Assembly (NCBI GenBank): GCA_027061725.1
Contig: JAMOVG010000392.1
Span: forward strand, 8,644-72,643
From: Desulfobacteraceae bacterium
Lineage (GTDB): Bacteria; Desulfobacterota; Desulfobacteria; Desulfobacterales; JALSRD01
Length of the DNA: 64,000 nt
Direction: 5' to 3'
The notes under the pieces were generated by a model. It was not told where the DNA came from, ran no database searches, and saw only the letters and a program-made list of their open reading frames with translations. Position numbers and translations under genes: made by a program. This document shows positions 1 through 8,211 of this stretch, in pieces. The stretch's first letter is position 1. Each line of letters starts with the position of its first letter.

Positions 1-1
1 T

Positions 2-256
2 CTCGACGTGCTGGTTTCCTGGCTGCGGGATTTGATGATCGTGGGGGACTACCCTGAGGGCGTGGTGCACCGGGACCAGCAGTCGCGGTTGCGGCGCCAG
101 GCGGCGCTCTGGCCCCTGGCGGACCTGTCGGCGGGCATCCGGGCGGTGCGGCGGGCCCAGACGGACCTGCGGGCCAACGTCGGTCCCCGGCTGATCGCGG
201 AGACCCTCCTGCTGCAGCTGGTGCCCCGGCAAGACGGGCGGAAAACCCTGGGCTGA
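2..256 (+). CDS. holB: DNA polymerase III delta-prime subunit, C-terminal fragment (5' end lies outside the window)
   Basis: The open frame enters from the window edge. Assignment rests on the common synteny holB - PSP1/ricT - metG and a helical C-terminal segment; no catalytic motif is visible. Confidence 0.4.
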   Translation, partial: LDVLVSWLRDLMIVGDYPEGVVHRDQQSRLRRQAALWPLADLSAGIRAVRRAQTDLRANVGPRLIAETLLLQLVPRQDGRKTLG

Positions 257-393
257 GCGATTTGCGCGTTTGCCGCAGGTACCGGGAAAATGTTACTGGA
301 ATAGCGCGCTATGCCCAACGGCGGTTGACCTCCCGCCTGCGGCGGGATGAAATTGATAATCCCGATGGGCCGGGAAAAAGTGAAACGGTTGGC

Positions 394-1218
394 ATGACCA
401 TGAAAAAAATAGTGGGTATCCGGTTCAAGCCCGCCGGCAAGGTGTACGATTTCGAGGCCGGCGCTTTCGTGCTCAATCTGGGCGACTACGTAATCGTCGA
501 AACTTCCCAGGGACTCGGTTTCGGGGTGGTCGCCAAAGCGCCGGTCAGCGTGGAAAGGGCGGCCATTGACAAACCGCTCAAAAAGGTATTTCGTCTGGCT
601 ACCGAGAAGGACATCCGGCAAAAGAACGCCAACGCCGATACGGAAAAATCCGCCTACCGCTTTTGCCTGGGGTGCATCAAGAAACTGGGCCTGAAGATGA
701 ACCTCTTCTCTGTGGAGAGCACCTTCGACGGCAGCAAGCTGACCTTCTTTTTCACCGCCGACGGCCGCGTCGATTTTCGGCAACTGGTCAAAATGCTGGT
801 GCGTGAGCTAAACGTGCGCGTGGAGATGCGCCAGGTCGGTATTCGCAACCAGGCCAAGCTGTGCGGGGGGCTGGCGCGCTGCGGGCAGCAGATCTGCTGT
901 TCGACTTTCATGGAGAAGTTTGTGCCGGTCTCCATCCGCATGGCCAAGGAGCAGAGCCTCTCGCTGAACCCCACCAAGATCTCGGGGCAGTGCGGCCGGC
1001 TGATGTGCTGCCTGACCTTCGAGTACGACACCTACCGCGAACTGCGCGGCAAGCTGCCCAAGATCGGCAGAACCGTGGAAACGCCCAAGGGCCGGGGCCG
1101 GGTGGTGCGCCACAACGCCCTGCGGGGCACGGTGGCTGTGCGTCTCAGGGACGGCGAGGAAATTGAGGTGAAAACCGAAGATATCGCAAAACCCCAGAAC
1201 AGGAAGAAAAATGCTTGA
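394..1218 (+). CDS. PSP1 domain protein (YaaT/RicT-like)
   Basis: ORF 262..1218. The internal ATG at 394 (MTMKKIVGIRFKPAGKVYDF) gives the usual family N-terminus. The Cys-rich C-terminal half (CGGLARCGQQICC, CGRLMCC) is typical of PSP1/RicT. Confidence 0.85.
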   Translation: MTMKKIVGIRFKPAGKVYDFEAGAFVLNLGDYVIVETSQGLGFGVVAKAPVSVERAAIDKPLKKVFRLATEKDIRQKNANADTEKSAYRFCLGCIKKLGLKMNLFSVESTFDGSKLTFFFTADGRVDFRQLVKMLVRELNVRVEMRQVGIRNQAKLCGGLARCGQQICCSTFMEKFVPVSIRMAKEQSLSLNPTKISGQCGRLMCCLTFEYDTYRELRGKLPKIGRTVETPKGRGRVVRHNALRGTVAVRLRDGEEIEVKTEDIAKPQNRKKNA

Positions 1219-3127
1219 TCCGTTTTACATCACCACGCCCATTTACTACGTCAACGCCCGCCCCCACCTGGGGCACGCCTATACCACCACCGTTGCCGAC
1301 GTGGCTTTCCGCTTTCACGGCATGCAGGGGCGCCAGTGCTTTTTTCTGACCGGCACCGACGAGCATGGCGACAAGATCGTCGAGGCGGCCGAGAGGGAAA
1401 AAATGAGCCCGCGCAGCTACGTGGACATGATCAGCGCCGAGTTCCGCCGCCTCTGGCCGGAACTCAACATCCACCCCAGTGATTTCATTCGCACCACCGA
1501 GCAGCGCCACATCGCCGTGGTGCAGCAGGTGCTGCAGAAGATTTACGATGCCGGCGACATTTATTTCAGCGAGTACGAGGGACTCTACTGTTTCGGCTGC
1601 GAGCGTTTCTACACCGAACGCGAACTGGTGGACGGCAAGTGTCCGGACCACGAGAAGGCCCCCGAACGCATCCGCGAGGCCAACTACTTCTTCAAAATGA
1701 GCCGTTACCAGGACTGGCTCATCGACCACATCGAGAAGCACCCCGATTTCATCCGTCCCGAGCGCTACCGCAACGAGGTGCTGGCCTTCCTGCGCGAGCC
1801 GCTCGAGGACCTGTGCATCTCGCGGCCAAAAACGCGCCTGCGCTGGGGCATCACCCTGCCCTTTGACGAGGAGTACGTCACCTACGTGTGGTTCGACGCC
1901 CTGCTTAACTACGTATCGGCCCTGGGCTATCCGGACGGCGAGCGCTATACCACCTTCTGGCCCCACGCCCAGCACCTGATCGCCAAGGACATTTTGAAGC
2001 CCCACGGCATTTACTGGCCCACCATGCTCCGGGCTGCCGGCATCCCTGTCTATCAGCATCTCAACGTGCACGGCTACTGGAACGTGGACCAGAGCAAGAT
2101 GTCCAAAAGCTTGGGAAACGTGATCGAACCCCTGGAGTTGAAAAATATCTATGGACTGGACGCCTTCCGGTTTTTCCTGATGCGGGACATGACCTTCGGC
2201 CTGGACTCCAGTTTCAGCGAGGAGGCGCTGGTGGAGCGCATCAACGCGGACCTGGCCAACGACCTGGGAAACCTCTTTTCCCGTGTGCTGGCCATGGCCC
2301 ATCGCTATTTCAAGGGGCGCGTGCCGGAGGTGGATCCGGACCTGGAGCCCAAGCTGCGTTTCGGCCTGAAAGACGAAGCCCTGCAGGCCATTGACGATTT
2401 CGAACGCCAGATGGAAGGTTTCGGCTTCAACACGGCCCTTGCCGCCGTGTGGAAATTCATCGGCCAGATGAATCGCTACGTGGATTACAGCATGCCTTGG
2501 GAACTGGCCAAGAACGAGGCCAGCGCCCGGCAGCTGGCGGCGGTCATCTACAACCTGCTGGAGGGACTGCGTGTGGTCTCCGGCCTGATTTACCCGGTCA
2601 TGCCGGACACGGCCGCAAGAATGCAGCAGCACCTGGGGCTGGATGCCGGGGAGCCTTTTTACCTGCTCGAGCGCCTGCGGGCCTGGGGCGGACTGCCGGC
2701 GGGAACACCCCTGCCCAAGGCCGTGGCGTTGTTTCCACGCATCGACACCCGGAAAAAAGAAAAACCGCAGCCCCCGCCGGAATCCGCCGGGCTCCGAGAC
2801 CTCAAGGAAGAGATCTCCATCGAAACTTTCGGCCGGGTGGACCTGCGTGTGGCCACCGTGCTGCACGCCGAACCCGTGCCCCGCGCCGACCGGCTGATAC
2901 GACTGGAGGTCGACTGCGGCGAGCGGCGCACCATCGTAGCCGGCATCGCCAAACACTACGATCCCGCCGACCTGGTCGGCCGCCAGGTGATCATTGTGGC
3001 CAACCTGAAGCCCGCCAAACTCATGGGCGTTCTGTCCCAGGGTATGCTGCTGGCTGCCAGCAGGGGCAAATCGCTGGCGCTGTTAACCCCCGACCGGGAA
3101 ATGAAACCGGGAACCCCCATTCGCTGA
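1211..3127 (+). CDS. metG: methionine--tRNA ligase with C-terminal tRNA-binding (Trbp111-like) domain
   Basis: HIGH-type motif (ARPHLGHAYT) and KMSKS motif (KMSKSLGN). C-terminal OB tRNA-binding domain (VDLRVATVLHAEPVPRADRL). Overlaps the upstream gene by 8 nt. Confidence 0.97.
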   Translation: MLDPFYITTPIYYVNARPHLGHAYTTTVADVAFRFHGMQGRQCFFLTGTDEHGDKIVEAAEREKMSPRSYVDMISAEFRRLWPELNIHPSDFIRTTEQRHIAVVQQVLQKIYDAGDIYFSEYEGLYCFGCERFYTERELVDGKCPDHEKAPERIREANYFFKMSRYQDWLIDHIEKHPDFIRPERYRNEVLAFLREPLEDLCISRPKTRLRWGITLPFDEEYVTYVWFDALLNYVSALGYPDGERYTTFWPHAQHLIAKDILKPHGIYWPTMLRAAGIPVYQHLNVHGYWNVDQSKMSKSLGNVIEPLELKNIYGLDAFRFFLMRDMTFGLDSSFSEEALVERINADLANDLGNLFSRVLAMAHRYFKGRVPEVDPDLEPKLRFGLKDEALQAIDDFERQMEGFGFNTALAAVWKFIGQMNRYVDYSMPWELAKNEASARQLAAVIYNLLEGLRVVSGLIYPVMPDTAARMQQHLGLDAGEPFYLLERLRAWGGLPAGTPLPKAVALFPRIDTRKKEKPQPPPESAGLRDLKEEISIETFGRVDLRVATVLHAEPVPRADRLIRLEVDCGERRTIVAGIAKHYDPADLVGRQVIIVANLKPAKLMGVLSQGMLLAASRGKSLALLTPDREMKPGTPIR

Positions 3128-3139
3128 AGAGCCGCCGGG

Positions 3140-4537
3140 ATGCTTTTGCACAAGAAGGATATTATCGACGGCCGCGGCGGCTACCGCTCGTGGCAGCTCA
3201 GTCAAAGGGGATTCCAGCGCCGCCGCAAGCGCCGCAGGCTGGTGCGTTCGGTGGCCAGGTACGTACTGGCGGCCGCCGTGCTGGCGGCCCTGGCGACGGT
3301 TTTCATGGGGCTGTGGACAGACGCCGACAGGGATCACAATACGCCTTCGACCACGGCTTCGGTGACCGGAAAGGGGCAGCGGGAATCCGGTGCACCCCCG
3401 GCCGAGATCATGATGGATAAGGCCCGGGTGCGTACCCTGCTGGCCGGGCAGACCCTGTACAACCTCCGCCGACGTTCGTTTCAGGTCCAGTCCCCCGACG
3501 GGCCTCTGCGGGTGGACACCAGCCTGGATCCCTCGCTGCAAAACTATTTGATGGGCAAACTGGACCGCGACCACTCGCGCTACGTCGGGGTGGTGGTTAT
3601 GGATCCCAGCAGCGGCAGGGTGCTGGCCATGGTGGGATACAACCGGGTGGACGCCGCTGAAGACCCCTGCACGCGTGTGCTTTACCCGGCTGCCAGCATT
3701 TTCAAGATCGTGACAGCGTCCGCCGCCATCGAAAAACTGGGCCTTAACTCCGGATCCACCCTGCGCTACAACGGGCGCAAGCACACGCTCTACAAGTCAC
3801 AGCTCAAGGATCGCAACAACCGGTACACCCGGCGCATCACGTTGCGGGATTCCTTTGCCCAGTCCATCAACCCGGTTTTCGGCAAGTTGGGCGCCAACCA
3901 GCTCAAGGGAGACACCCTGGCAGCCTATGCGCACCGTTTCGGTTTCGGCCGCGGCATCGACTTCGAGGTTCCCGTGACGCCCAGTACGCTGGTGGTTTCG
4001 GACGAACCCTACCAGTGGGCCGAGGTGGCCAGCGGCTTCAACCAGACCACGCGCATCACCCCCCTGCATGGCGCCATGATCGTCAGTGCGGCCGTCAATG
4101 GCGGTCGCCTGCTGGATCCCACGGTGGTGGAGCGTATCGTGGGCCGCGACGGCCGCACCCTGTACCGCGGGGCGGCGACAGTGGCCGACCGGGCCATCTC
4201 CGAGAAGACTTCGCGCACCTTGCAGCAGCTCATGGCCACGACGGTCCGCAAAGGCACCGCGCGCAAGATGTTCCGCGGGTGGTCGCGGGACAAGGTGCTT
4301 TCAAAACTCACCCTTGGCGGCAAGACCGGCAGCATCAATGTCGATCCACGATACGACTGGTTCGTGGGCTTCGCCCGGGACAAGAACGGCGGCCAGAGCC
4401 TGGTCGTGTCGGCCGTGGTGGCCCACCACAAGCTCATCGGTCGCCGGGCCGGGCAGTACGCCCGCATGGCCATGATCTGTTATTTCGGCGATTATTTCGC
4501 CCGCCGCCCGCCGGGGGCCGCCAAGAGCAGCGGGTAG
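3140..4537 (+). CDS. penicillin-binding protein, class B-like transpeptidase
   Basis: N-terminal TM helix. SxxK (ASIFKIV), SxN (QSINPVF) and KTG (GGKTGS) motifs in the canonical order. Confidence 0.85.
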   Translation: MLLHKKDIIDGRGGYRSWQLSQRGFQRRRKRRRLVRSVARYVLAAAVLAALATVFMGLWTDADRDHNTPSTTASVTGKGQRESGAPPAEIMMDKARVRTLLAGQTLYNLRRRSFQVQSPDGPLRVDTSLDPSLQNYLMGKLDRDHSRYVGVVVMDPSSGRVLAMVGYNRVDAAEDPCTRVLYPAASIFKIVTASAAIEKLGLNSGSTLRYNGRKHTLYKSQLKDRNNRYTRRITLRDSFAQSINPVFGKLGANQLKGDTLAAYAHRFGFGRGIDFEVPVTPSTLVVSDEPYQWAEVASGFNQTTRITPLHGAMIVSAAVNGGRLLDPTVVERIVGRDGRTLYRGAATVADRAISEKTSRTLQQLMATTVRKGTARKMFRGWSRDKVLSKLTLGGKTGSINVDPRYDWFVGFARDKNGGQSLVVSAVVAHHKLIGRRAGQYARMAMICYFGDYFARRPPGAAKSSG

Positions 4538-4578
4538 CTTTTCACCGGTTCATCGTGAATGCCCCCGCCAACTACGCC

Positions 4579-4607
4579 TTGACAGGGTGCTGGGGATAAA
4601 TTAAAAT
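4579..4607 (+). promoter_or_regulatory. sigma-70 type promoter upstream of lysS
   Basis: TTGACA (4579-4584), a 17-nt spacer, then TAAAAT (4602-4607). Lies in the intergenic region after the PBP gene. Confidence 0.6.
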
Positions 4608-4744
4608 TCCAAACTTTTATGCCGATGAAACCGGGTCTCCCCGGTCGCGTGAAACAGCCGCCGAAGGGCGGGGCTTTTGCAAAGGGGGGCTCAGAGGCTA
4701 CCGGCTGTTTTTCCACACCGCACCAAAGAAGAAAACGGTCTGCA

Positions 4745-6229
4745 ATGAAAACTGAAAAACCAACCGACATTATCGCCCGTCGTCGGCAGAAGCTTGCCGA
4801 GATGAAACGGGCCGGCGTCAACCTGTATCCCAACGGCTTCGAGGTGCCCCACACCGTGGCCCAGGTCCAACAGGCCACGGCGGACCTGCCGCCCGACAGC
4901 GACGAAGACGATCGCCGCTGGACCGTGGCCGGCCGCATGATGGCCATCAACCGGTTCGGCAAGAGCGCTTTTATCCGCTTCCGCGACCGCAGCGGCCAGA
5001 TGCAGGCTTACATCCGCAAGGACCGGGTGGGCGACGAGAGCTACAACCTTTTCAAGCAGCTGGACATCGGGGATTTCGTGGGACTCACCGGCCACCTGTT
5101 CAAGACCCGCACCGGGGAATGGACCCTGCTGGCCGAGTCGCTGACCCTGCTCAGCAAGGCGGTTCGCCCGCTTCCCGAGAAGTTCCACGGGCTCAAGGAC
5201 CCTGAAAAGCGCTACCGGCAGCGTTACCTGGACTTGATCATGAACCAGGAGGTGCGGGAGATTTTCATCAAGCGCAGCCTGATCATCGACACCATCCGGC
5301 GCTTTTTCCTGGAGCGCGATTTCCTGGAAGTCGAAACGCCCATGATGCAGGTGCTGCCCGGCGGGGCCGAGGCCACGCCCTTCGTGACGCACCACAACGC
5401 CCTGGGCATCGATCTCTACCTGCGCATCGCCCCCGAACTCTACCTCAAGCGTCTGGTGGTGGGCGGCTTTGAGCGCGTCTTCGAGATCAACCGCAACTTC
5501 CGCAACGAGGGCATCAGCACCCGCCACAACCCCGAGTTCACCATGCTGGAGTTCTACCAGGCCTACGCCACCTACGAAGACCTGATGGCCCTGACCGAGA
5601 AACTGCTGCGGCAGGTGGCGCAGGCGGCCAGCGGCGACAGCCGTTTCCACTACCAGGGAAACGAGATCGACATGTCCGCCCCATTTGCGCGCTACACGCT
5701 CTTCGAGGCCCTGGAGAACATCGGCGGTATCGATCCGGCGCTGTTGGAAGACCCCCGCGGGTTGCTGGATTTCGCCGCCACCAGGGGCATCCAGGTGGCC
5801 AAGTCCCGGCGTCACGGCAAGGTCATCACCAAGCTGTTCGATGTGCTGGTGGAGCCCAAACTGATCCAGCCTACATTTATCACCGGTTACCCGGTGGAGG
5901 TGTCGCCCCTTTCACGGCGCAGCGACAGGGAGCCGGGAATCACCGAGCGTTTCGAGCTGTTCGTGGCCGGCCACGAGATCGCCAACGGTTTTTCCGAGCT
6001 CAACGACCCGGAGGACCAGCGGCAGCGCTTCGAGCAGCAGGTAGCTGACAAGGACGCCGGAGACGAAGAAACCCACAGCATGGACACCGATTACATCGAG
6101 GCCCTGGAGTACGGTATGCCGCCCACGGCCGGTGAGGGCATCGGCATCGACCGGCTGGTCATGTTGCTGACCGATGCCCCCTCGATCCGGGAGGTCATCC
6201 TGTTCCCGCATCTGAAACCGCAGTCCTGA
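4745..6229 (+). CDS. lysS: lysine--tRNA ligase (class II)
   Basis: ORF 4619..6229. The ATG at 4745 (MKTEKPTDIIARRRQKLAEMK) fits the usual LysRS N-terminus. OB anticodon-binding domain plus class II motifs (NPEFTMLEFYQAYA, GIGIDRLVMLLT). Confidence 0.97.
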   Translation: MKTEKPTDIIARRRQKLAEMKRAGVNLYPNGFEVPHTVAQVQQATADLPPDSDEDDRRWTVAGRMMAINRFGKSAFIRFRDRSGQMQAYIRKDRVGDESYNLFKQLDIGDFVGLTGHLFKTRTGEWTLLAESLTLLSKAVRPLPEKFHGLKDPEKRYRQRYLDLIMNQEVREIFIKRSLIIDTIRRFFLERDFLEVETPMMQVLPGGAEATPFVTHHNALGIDLYLRIAPELYLKRLVVGGFERVFEINRNFRNEGISTRHNPEFTMLEFYQAYATYEDLMALTEKLLRQVAQAASGDSRFHYQGNEIDMSAPFARYTLFEALENIGGIDPALLEDPRGLLDFAATRGIQVAKSRRHGKVITKLFDVLVEPKLIQPTFITGYPVEVSPLSRRSDREPGITERFELFVAGHEIANGFSELNDPEDQRQRFEQQVADKDAGDEETHSMDTDYIEALEYGMPPTAGEGIGIDRLVMLLTDAPSIREVILFPHLKPQS

Positions 6230-6241
6230 GGCTTTGGTGGC

Positions 6242-7480
6242 ATGTCTTTCGAATGGTTCGTCGGCGGCCGCTATCTGCGGGCCAAGCGCAAACAGACCTT
6301 CATCTCGGTAATCACGATTCTGTCCATCGCCGGGGTGACGGTGGGCGTGATGGCGCTGATCGTGGTGATTGCCGTCATGGCCGGCGCCGTGACTGAACTC
6401 AAGGCCCGCATCCTGGGAGTGGAGGCCCACGTGGTGGTCATGCGGCACGGCGGCGCCATCACGGATTACCCGGAAGTGATCCGGCGTATCGAGGGCATCG
6501 ACGGGGTTGTATCGGCGGCGCCTTTCGTGTACTCCCAGACCATGATCCGGTCGCGCTACGGCGTGTCCGGCGCGGTCATCCGGGGGATCGATCCCGAGGC
6601 CCGCGGAGAGTCCGTCCCCGGCCTCTCGCGTGAGGTGCTCAGGCAGGACCTGCGTTCCGCCGCCGGGAGCGGCGAGGACGGCCGGCGCGTGCCGGGTGTG
6701 GTGTTGGGCAGGGAACTGGCGCGCACCCTGCGGGTGGTTCGGGGCGACTGGGTGTATTTGCTTTCGCCGCGCGGCATGCTTTCGCCCATGGGGCACCTGC
6801 CGTCCATGCGGCGCTTCCGGGTGACGGGGGTGTTTTCGTCGGGCATGTACGAGTATGACGGCTCCTTCGCCTATATCAACCTGTCCGACGCGCAGCAACT
6901 GCTGCGCCTGGGAAAGGGGGTTACGGGAATCGAGGTGCGTGTCAAAGACGCCTACAAGGCCGACCGCGTCGCCGCCGCCATCGCCAAGCGCCTGGGCTTT
7001 CCTTTCTGGACCCGGGACTGGATGCGCATGAACCAGAACCTTTTTTCGGCCCTGAAGCTGGAAAAGACCGCCATGTTCATCATCCTGACGCTCATCGTGC
7101 TGGTGGCGGCTTTCAACATCGCCAGCACCCTGATCATGACGGTCATGGCCAAGACCCGCGATATCGCCATTCTCAAGGCCATGGGGGCCACCAACCGCAG
7201 CATCCGCCGTATCTTCGTGCTCAACGGCATGATCATCGGCGCCGTGGGGACCTTTCTGGGGGTGGTGCTGGGGGCTTCGCTGTGTGCGCTGCTGGACCGC
7301 TACAAGTTTATCAAGCTGCCCGGCGATGTCTACTATTTCACCACCCTGCCGGTGAACCTGAGAGCCACGGACGTGCTGGTGATCGCGCTGGCCGCTATGC
7401 TGATCTGTTTCCTGGCGACCCTGTACCCGGCCAACCAGGCATCGCGGCTCAACCCGGTCGAGGCCATTCGTTATGGTTGA
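6242..7480 (+). CDS. lolC: lipoprotein-releasing system permease (LolC/LolE family)
   Basis: FtsX/MacB-type topology: TM1, a large periplasmic loop, then three C-terminal TMs. Directly followed by lolD. Confidence 0.9.
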   Translation: MSFEWFVGGRYLRAKRKQTFISVITILSIAGVTVGVMALIVVIAVMAGAVTELKARILGVEAHVVVMRHGGAITDYPEVIRRIEGIDGVVSAAPFVYSQTMIRSRYGVSGAVIRGIDPEARGESVPGLSREVLRQDLRSAAGSGEDGRRVPGVVLGRELARTLRVVRGDWVYLLSPRGMLSPMGHLPSMRRFRVTGVFSSGMYEYDGSFAYINLSDAQQLLRLGKGVTGIEVRVKDAYKADRVAAAIAKRLGFPFWTRDWMRMNQNLFSALKLEKTAMFIILTLIVLVAAFNIASTLIMTVMAKTRDIAILKAMGATNRSIRRIFVLNGMIIGAVGTFLGVVLGASLCALLDRYKFIKLPGDVYYFTTLPVNLRATDVLVIALAAMLICFLATLYPANQASRLNPVEAIRYG

Positions 7481-8201
7481 AGCGGCCGCCGGAATGCAGA
7501 CGTCCGCCGCAGTCGATGCAGAGGACTGCCTGATGCGGGTGCGCGGCATCAGCAAGAGCTATGAAACCAACGGCAACCGCATCGAGGTCCTCAAGGGCAT
7601 TGATTTCGACCTGCAGGCCGGCGAGAGTGTCGCCGTGGTGGGGGCCTCGGGGATCGGCAAATCGACGCTGCTGCACATCCTGGGGGGACTCGACCGCCCG
7701 GACAGCGGCCGACTCCTCTACCGCGGTCAGGATATCCTGGCCTTCGACGCGGCCCGCATGGCGGCTTTTCGCAACGCCTCCATCGGGTTCGTGTTCCAGT
7801 TCCACCACCTACTGCCGGAGTTCAACGCTTTGGAGAATACCATGATGCCGGCCCTGATCCGGGGAGACAGCCGCCAGGACGCCCGCCGGGCGGCCGAGGA
7901 GATCCTGGTGCGGGTGGGGCTGGCCGAGCGTCTGCGGCACCCGGTCAGCAAACTCTCCGGCGGTGAGCAGCAGCGCGTGGCCCTGGCCCGGGCCCTGGTG
8001 CTGCACCCGCCGCTGCTGCTGGCGGACGAGCCCACCGGCAACCTGGACCGCCGCAACAGCGATCAGATTCACGATCTGTTGATGAAGCTCAACGCGGAAT
8101 TGTCCATGACACTGGTGGTGGTGACCCACAACATGGAACTGGCAGACCGCATGTCACGGGAATTCACCATAACCGACGGTAAGCTGACGGAAAGAGATTA
8201 A
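7473..8201 (+). CDS. lolD: lipoprotein-releasing system ATP-binding protein
   Basis: Walker [10 protein letters not shown], signature LSGGEQQR, Walker B LLLADEPT. The start at 7473 overlaps lolC (ATGGTTGA); an alternative ATG at 7533 is also possible. Confidence 0.92.
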   Translation: MVEAAAGMQTSAAVDAEDCLMRVRGISKSYETNGNRIEVLKGIDFDLQAGESVAVVGASGIGKSTLLHILGGLDRPDSGRLLYRGQDILAFDAARMAAFRNASIGFVFQFHHLLPEFNALENTMMPALIRGDSRQDARRAAEEILVRVGLAERLRHPVSKLSGGEQQRVALARALVLHPPLLLADEPTGNLDRRNSDQIHDLLMKLNAELSMTLVVVTHNMELADRMSREFTITDGKLTERD

Positions 8202-8211
8202 GGACGGTCTC

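Noticed and set aside
1145-2956. Very long antisense or alternative-frame ORFs throughout the window. Examples: 1145..2956(-), 5912..7555(-), 13971..15572(-), 27744..29585(-), 42709..43773(-), 44478..45638(+), 51115..52677(-), 59758..61518(+), 61028..62716(+).
   Set aside because: They overlap genes with unmistakable family motifs on the other strand or frame. Their translations are Arg/Gly/Pro/Ala/His-rich low-complexity strings, typical of stop-poor shadow frames in GC-rich DNA. No motifs are recognisable.
4619-4744. N-terminal extensions in the ORF track: lysS 4619, lptF 18416, lptG 19759, GT2 25796, DHS-like 26527, yicC 29164, dnaA 42136, livF-like 55121, OsmC-like 22692, PSP1 262.
   Set aside because: The extensions overlap the preceding gene or promoter. 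The dnaA 'start' at 42136 is the TTG of the TTGACA -35 box. The extensions are compositionally non-protein-like, and an internal start gives the canonical family N-terminus, often with an RBS.
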